This document shows, one piece after another, positions 59,539 through 64,000 of a DNA stretch of 64,000 nucleotides. Positions within the stretch are counted from its first letter, which is position 1. Each line of letters opens with the position of its first letter. Below the pieces are notes generated by a model. It was not told where the DNA came from. It did no database searches and saw nothing but the letters and a program-made list of their open reading frames with translations. The translations under genes were made by a program, and so were the position numbers. Source of the stretch: Clostridia bacterium (GTDB taxonomy: Bacteria; Bacillota; Clostridia; RGIG6154); NCBI GenBank assembly GCA_045589295.1, contig JAZNOU010000021.1, positions 4,822-68,821 of the forward strand. Reading direction: 5' to 3'.

Positions 59539-60801
59539 TTAAAATAATATTATAATAAATTGTGAAACAAGCACAACCGCAATCAATGCAATTGGGTATG
59601 TAGCCGCATAAGCTGCTGCAACATCTTCTGTACCTGCTACACCGATAAGAGTACCGAGAGCAGGAGTACTTGTCATACCGCCTGTGATTGAACCTAAGTT
59701 ATTGAGCAAGCTGAGTTTAAGTACATATTTTGCAAAGATGTAACCGATGACCAATGGGAATATTGTCATAACGATGCCATATACGAAGTACATTGGGTCA
59801 AAGTTTGCAACAAATTCAGCACCACCAGGGATACCTGCACCAACCAAGAAAAGGACAAGACCTAATTCTCTGAAGAGTTTAAGTGTGCTATGGTTTGGCA
59901 TAATGCTGATTTTGCCGATTCTGCCGAAGTGACCCAAAATCAAGCTCATAAGCAAGCAACCCCCTGTGGTTGTAAGTGAGAAGCAAGTACCTGATAATCC
60001 TGCAGAAGAAAGCGGAATTTTGACCTGTCCTACAATTGTACCCAAAATTGCTGCAAGACAGAATCCTGCGATACCCATGTGGTCGATTTCAAACAAATTA
60101 AGCTTTGCTCTTTCTTCGCCTGCTTCTGATTTGATAGCAATTTTTGCACGTTCTTCTTCCATATTTGCTTTTGCAAGTTTTGGAATAATCTGAACGAAGA
60201 GAACAACGCCCACAACACCAAAAATGTAAGCAATACCGTGACCTACAGAAACAAGCCCTGTAAATTCCTCAGCAACAGTTGCTTTTGCTGCTGAAAACGC
60301 AGGAGTTGATGTAAGTGAACCTGAAAGGAGACCTACAATCATAGCTACAAATCCGTCCTGACTTTCGATTGTTGCACCATAGCCGAAGATTTCACCGGCG
60401 TAGATACAAGCAACTGCAGAAAGTCCGCCTGCAAGAATGATGATTGCACCTAAAAGTACATAAGACTTAAAGTTTCTTTTGAAATTACCGAAAAATTTAG
60501 GTCCTGCAATGTAACCAACTGATGTTACAAAAAGAACAAGTCCAAGACTTTCGATAATTGAAAAACCTGTTGAAAAATCATAAGGTTTTGAAGAAGCAGC
60601 AAACAAAAGATCGCCTGCTTCGTTAACGCCAAAGCAAAGTGCGCCGATAAGGAGCGCAATGATAAATACTCCGGCATCGCCGAGTGATACACCTTTAATT
60701 GTTATTCTTCCTAAGAGATAACCTAAAAGGAGAACACTGAAAGTAACAAACAACAATGTATAAATATTGCTGATTGAAATAACGCCATTCAATAAGCTCA
60801 T
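59539..60801 (-). CDS. AAE-family (Asp-Al_Ex duplicated domain, YidE/YbjL/SucE-like) permease lacking TrkA_C domains; putative succinate/dicarboxylate exporter
   Basis: 420 aa, about 10-12 TM. N-terminus (LLGYLLGRITIKGVSLGDAGVFIIALLIG) is typical of the Asp-Al_Ex repeat. GGAGG RBS. 15-nt gap after the flavoprotein gene. Confidence 0.6.
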   Translation of the reverse strand: MSLLNGVISISNIYTLLFVTFSVLLLGYLLGRITIKGVSLGDAGVFIIALLIGALCFGVNEAGDLLFAASSKPYDFSTGFSIIESLGLVLFVTSVGYIAGPKFFGNFKRNFKSYVLLGAIIILAGGLSAVACIYAGEIFGYGATIESQDGFVAMIVGLLSGSLTSTPAFSAAKATVAEEFTGLVSVGHGIAYIFGVVGVVLFVQIIPKLAKANMEEERAKIAIKSEAGEERAKLNLFEIDHMGIAGFCLAAILGTIVGQVKIPLSSAGLSGTCFSLTTTGGCLLMSLILGHFGRIGKISIMPNHSTLKLFRELGLVLFLVGAGIPGGAEFVANFDPMYFVYGIVMTIFPLVIGYIFAKYVLKLSLLNNLGSITGGMTSTPALGTLIGVAGTEDVAAAYAATYPIALIAVVLVSQFIIILF

Positions 60802-60816
60802 TTATTATTCCTCCAA

Positions 60817-62412
60817 TTATTCTCTTGTGTAATTAGGTAAAAGTTTAGGAGAAACTGTGTCTGTAGTAATACCTGCATCTGCAATTTCTTTTTCAAATTT
60901 ACCAACATGGGCAAGTGAAAGCTTACCAACTTTAACATCTTTAGATTTTGCAGCAGCATTTTTACCTGCGCTTCTGCCAAATACGATGATGTCGAGAAGT
61001 GAGTTACCCATAAGTCTGTTTTTACCGTGGATTCCGCCGACTGCTTCACCTGCAACAAAGAGGTTTTCAACGTTTGTTGTCATACAGTCTGCAGTAATGT
61101 CAAGACCGCCATTTTGATAATGAAGTGTAGGATAAACAAGGATTGGTTCTTTTCTGATATCAATACCATATTTAGCAAACATTCTCCACATAGCAGGAAT
61201 TCTCTTCATAATTGTACCTTCTCCACCGATTTTCTCAATCATCGGAGTATCAAGCCATACACCTTTTCCGCTACCTGTGTCAATACCATTATCTCTTTCA
61301 GAACATTCACGGATAATAGATGCTGCAGAAACGTCACGTGTTTCAAGCGGATGCATAAATACTTCACCGTTTTCATTTACAAGTTTTGCACCAAGTGAAC
61401 GAACTTTTTCAGTAACCAAAGCACCAAATATCTGTTCAGGATAAGCAACACCTGTTGGATGATACTGAAGTGTTTCAGCATAAAGAAGTTTTGCGCCTGC
61501 TCTATATCCTAAAACAAGGCCATCAGCAGTTGCACCATAATGGTTTGAAGTCGGAAAACCCTGATAATGCATACGTCCTGCACCACCTGTTGCGATGATT
61601 ACAGTTTTAGCTTTTGCAACCAAAAGTTCTTTGGTTTCCATATTCATTAAAACTGCACCTGCAGCATTGCCGTTTTCATCTAAAATAAGTTCAATTGCAG
61701 ATGTAAAATCAACAACTGGAATATTACGATTTAACACTTCATCACGAAGAGTTCTCATAATTTCAGCACCTGAATAGTCTTTTGCTGCGTGCATTCTTTT
61801 TCTTGAAGTACCGCCACCGTGAGTTGTAACCATTGTACCATCAGCTTCTTTGTCAAATTCAACACCTAAGTTGCTAAGCCACAAAATAGCTTCAGGAGCG
61901 TCACAAACGAGCTTTGACAAAAGTTCTTTTTTCGCAGCAAAATGTCCCCCACCAAAAGCATCTACAAAATGGATTGCCGGTGAATCGTTTGGCTTATCGG
62001 CCGCCTGAATACCACCTTCTGCCATCATTGTATTTGCATCGCCCATTCTGAGCTTTGTAACAATCATAACATTAGCGCCTGCTTCGTGAGCTTCAATAGC
62101 AGCAGATGTACCTGCACCACCTGCACCGATGATCAATACGTCGGTTTCGTAGTCAGGATTTTCAAGATCAACTGAATCTTCTGTGATGCGGCTGTGTGCC
62201 TGCAAAATTTCAGCAAGTTCAGTAGGAACTTTTTCTCCCTTGTTAGGTCCTATTTTTAAAACGTTAAATTCGTCCTGTTTGTAGTCCGGATGAAAAGCTG
62301 CAAGCAAATCTTCCTTCTGCTTTGCAGTCATACGATCCGGCTCTAATGCAATATTTTTCTCTCTTGCTGCTTCAACTGCGGCAATAGATTTTTGAAATTT
62401 TTCCGAATACAT
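60817..62412 (-). CDS. SdhA/FrdA-family FAD flavoprotein (fumarate reductase catalytic subunit homologue) with an ~90 aa N-terminal extension
   Basis: FAD motif IIGAGGAGTSAAIEA, and the HYQNGG, NRLMGNSLLDIIVFGRSAG and catalytic Arg/His signatures of SdhA/FrdA. Start refined to the ATG at 62412, after AAGGAGG (the track ORF extends to 62442). Confidence 0.8.
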   Translation of the reverse strand: MYSEKFQKSIAAVEAAREKNIALEPDRMTAKQKEDLLAAFHPDYKQDEFNVLKIGPNKGEKVPTELAEILQAHSRITEDSVDLENPDYETDVLIIGAGGAGTSAAIEAHEAGANVMIVTKLRMGDANTMMAEGGIQAADKPNDSPAIHFVDAFGGGHFAAKKELLSKLVCDAPEAILWLSNLGVEFDKEADGTMVTTHGGGTSRKRMHAAKDYSGAEIMRTLRDEVLNRNIPVVDFTSAIELILDENGNAAGAVLMNMETKELLVAKAKTVIIATGGAGRMHYQGFPTSNHYGATADGLVLGYRAGAKLLYAETLQYHPTGVAYPEQIFGALVTEKVRSLGAKLVNENGEVFMHPLETRDVSAASIIRECSERDNGIDTGSGKGVWLDTPMIEKIGGEGTIMKRIPAMWRMFAKYGIDIRKEPILVYPTLHYQNGGLDITADCMTTNVENLFVAGEAVGGIHGKNRLMGNSLLDIIVFGRSAGKNAAAKSKDVKVGKLSLAHVGKFEKEIADAGITTDTVSPKLLPNYTRE

Positions 62413-62425
62413 ATTCTTTTCCTCC

Positions 62426-63100
62426 TTACTTCTCGATTTCACGGGTATTGTAAAGTTCTTTCATTTCATCGATTGGTTTGTTCATAAGAGCTTCAATAAG
62501 TTCTTTAAAGTCACCATTTTGAATTTCTTTAACTCTGTCTTCCAAGTGACCGCAACCAGGTGCTAAGTATTTACCGTTGATTCTTCTTGCAAGCATTGCA
62601 ACCTGAGGATGTGAAATTCCTGCAGGACATCTTGAAGAACAAACTCCGCACATTACACAATCAAATGATTCTTCAGCACAAGCTTCAAAATCGCCACGCT
62701 GAGCGTATGCGATATACTGCATAACGTTAAGCTCCTGAGTACAAGCCTTTGTGCAGGCGTTACAACCAATACAAGCATAAATCTCAGGATAAAGTTGCAT
62801 CATAACAGACTCATTTACAGGTATCTTTTCGATATCATATCCTTCCTTAACAAGTGGAAAGAAAGGAAGTGTTGCGATGTACATATTATCTTCAACCTTA
62901 GTCTGGCAAGCAAGACAAGCCTTAAGTTCTTTATCGCCTTTAATGCGGTAAATAGTTGCACAAGCACCGCAAAAACCATTACGGCATCCGCAACCGCGAA
63001 CCAACTGGTATCCAGCATATTCCATAGCGGTCATAATTGTTAAATTTTCAGGCACTTCATATTTTTTACCGAAAAGAAATATATTAACTAATTTTTCCAT
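62426..63100 (-). CDS. SdhB/FrdB-like iron-sulfur subunit ([2Fe-2S] plus two [4Fe-4S]-type Cys motifs)
   Basis: C-x4-C-x2-C…C plant-ferredoxin motif, then CIGCNACTKAC and CVMCGVCSSRCP. 224 aa. Confidence 0.8.
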   Translation of the reverse strand: MEKLVNIFLFGKKYEVPENLTIMTAMEYAGYQLVRGCGCRNGFCGACATIYRIKGDKELKACLACQTKVEDNMYIATLPFFPLVKEGYDIEKIPVNESVMMQLYPEIYACIGCNACTKACTQELNVMQYIAYAQRGDFEACAEESFDCVMCGVCSSRCPAGISHPQVAMLARRINGKYLAPGCGHLEDRVKEIQNGDFKELIEALMNKPIDEMKELYNTREIEK

Positions 63101-63112
63101 GTTACCTCTCCT

Positions 63113-63946
63113 TTAATACTCATCCGGAAGTTCATCAAGTTCGTCACATCTGAACACCGGACCGTCTTTGCACACATACTTGGCACCAACATTACATCTT
63201 CCGCACTTACCTACTCCGCACTTCATTCTAAGTTCGAGTGTGGTATAAATCTGCGTCTTGTCAAAGCCAAGTTCACAAAGTCCATCTAATGTAAACTTAA
63301 TCATAATCGGTGGACCGCAAAGAACCGCTGTTTTGTTTGTATCAAAGCCAAGTTCTTTTACATAACTTGGAACAAATCCCACATGACCATCCCATCCTTC
63401 CTGAGGATTGTCAATTGTAAGATGAACCTTTACGCCGACATCATTTGACCATTCTTCAATGATTTCTTTATAATCAAGCAAGTCGTCCTTACTTCTTGAA
63501 CCGTAAACAATATCAATTTCACCATAGCGATCACGATAATGTCTGCAATAATTGATAACTGAGCGAAGTGGTGCAAGACCAACACCACCGGCAATAAACA
63601 AAAGGTTTTTTCCAGCAAACACATCATCAACAGGAAATGGCTTGCCGTATGGTCCTCTGATTGTTATCTGCTGACCAACCTCTGCCTGATGCAACCAATC
63701 GGTTACACAACCGCATTTTTTAATGGAAAATTCCATATACTCCTCGTTAGTAGGAGAAGATGTTATAGAAAACATTGCTTCACCAACTCCCGGAACAGAA
63801 AGCATTGCACACTGTCCAGGACGATGGTCAAATGCTTTTTTTCCATCAGTTGTTACAACTCTGAATGTTTTTATATCAGGTGTATCGATACGTACATCAG
63901 TTATAACACCGATTTTGGGGATTAAAGTTTCTTCTCTGTTATTCAC
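63113..63946 (-). CDS. PyrK/FNR-like oxidoreductase subunit (FAD/NAD(P)H-binding with C-terminal [2Fe-2S])
   Basis: FNR-like FAD and NAD(P) motifs, and the PyrK-family cluster CGVGKCGRCNVGAKYVCKDGPVF. GTG start at 63946 with a GGAGGG RBS. Confidence 0.75.
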   Translation of the reverse strand: MNNREETLIPKIGVITDVRIDTPDIKTFRVVTTDGKKAFDHRPGQCAMLSVPGVGEAMFSITSSPTNEEYMEFSIKKCGCVTDWLHQAEVGQQITIRGPYGKPFPVDDVFAGKNLLFIAGGVGLAPLRSVINYCRHYRDRYGEIDIVYGSRSKDDLLDYKEIIEEWSNDVGVKVHLTIDNPQEGWDGHVGFVPSYVKELGFDTNKTAVLCGPPIMIKFTLDGLCELGFDKTQIYTTLELRMKCGVGKCGRCNVGAKYVCKDGPVFRCDELDELPDEY

Positions 63947-64000
63947 TTATCATCCCTCCAATCTTTTTCATTACTTTAACAATATTCATAGAAATAGGAC

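Noticed and set aside
1-64000. CRISPR arrays, insertion sequences, integrases, restriction-modification or other defence islands.
   Set aside because: No regularly spaced direct repeats, transposase or integrase or Cas-like ORFs, or terminal inverted repeats were seen. Gene content is contiguous core housekeeping with short intergenic spacers.

Overview
This window is a densely packed chromosomal segment from a low-GC Clostridia-type Firmicute. Dockerin and SLH-domain proteins and the gene order point to a cellulosome-type Oscillospiraceae or Hungateiclostridiaceae lineage. Nearly all of it is conserved housekeeping genes in classic Firmicute clusters:
- the heat-shock operon hrcA-grpE-dnaK-dnaJ-prmA with a CIRCE operator
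- dprA-topA-trmFO-typA-trmB
- asp23-yloV-recG and rsmD-coaD
- hprK-glcK-murB
- yicC-remA-gmk-rpoZ-priA-def-fmt-rsmB-rlmN-stp-prkC-rsgA-rpe-thiN

No CRISPR array, insertion sequence, prophage or obvious defence island was found. The RNA genes and regulatory RNAs I can support are:
- RNase P RNA (type A architecture), on the minus strand
- a tRNA-Leu(CAG)
- a lysine riboswitch (L-box) with an attenuator terminator in front of an NhaC-family transporter (LysW-like)
- a candidate 6S-like rod-shaped ncRNA between a DUF1292 gene and psiE

The most interesting coding feature is a five-gene minus-strand operon at the right end. It encodes a PyrK-like NAD(P)H/FAD/[2Fe-2S] subunit, an SdhB/FrdB-like iron-sulfur subunit, an SdhA/FrdA-like flavoprotein with an unusual N-terminal extension, an AAE-family (SucE-like) permease and ATP-dependent PEP carboxykinase. 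I read this as a compact succinate-fermentation module with a predicted soluble NADH-dependent fumarate reductase. Other smaller oddities are listed as findings. Coordinates follow the supplied ORF track (stop codon included). Starts were refined by eye where an RBS supported it.
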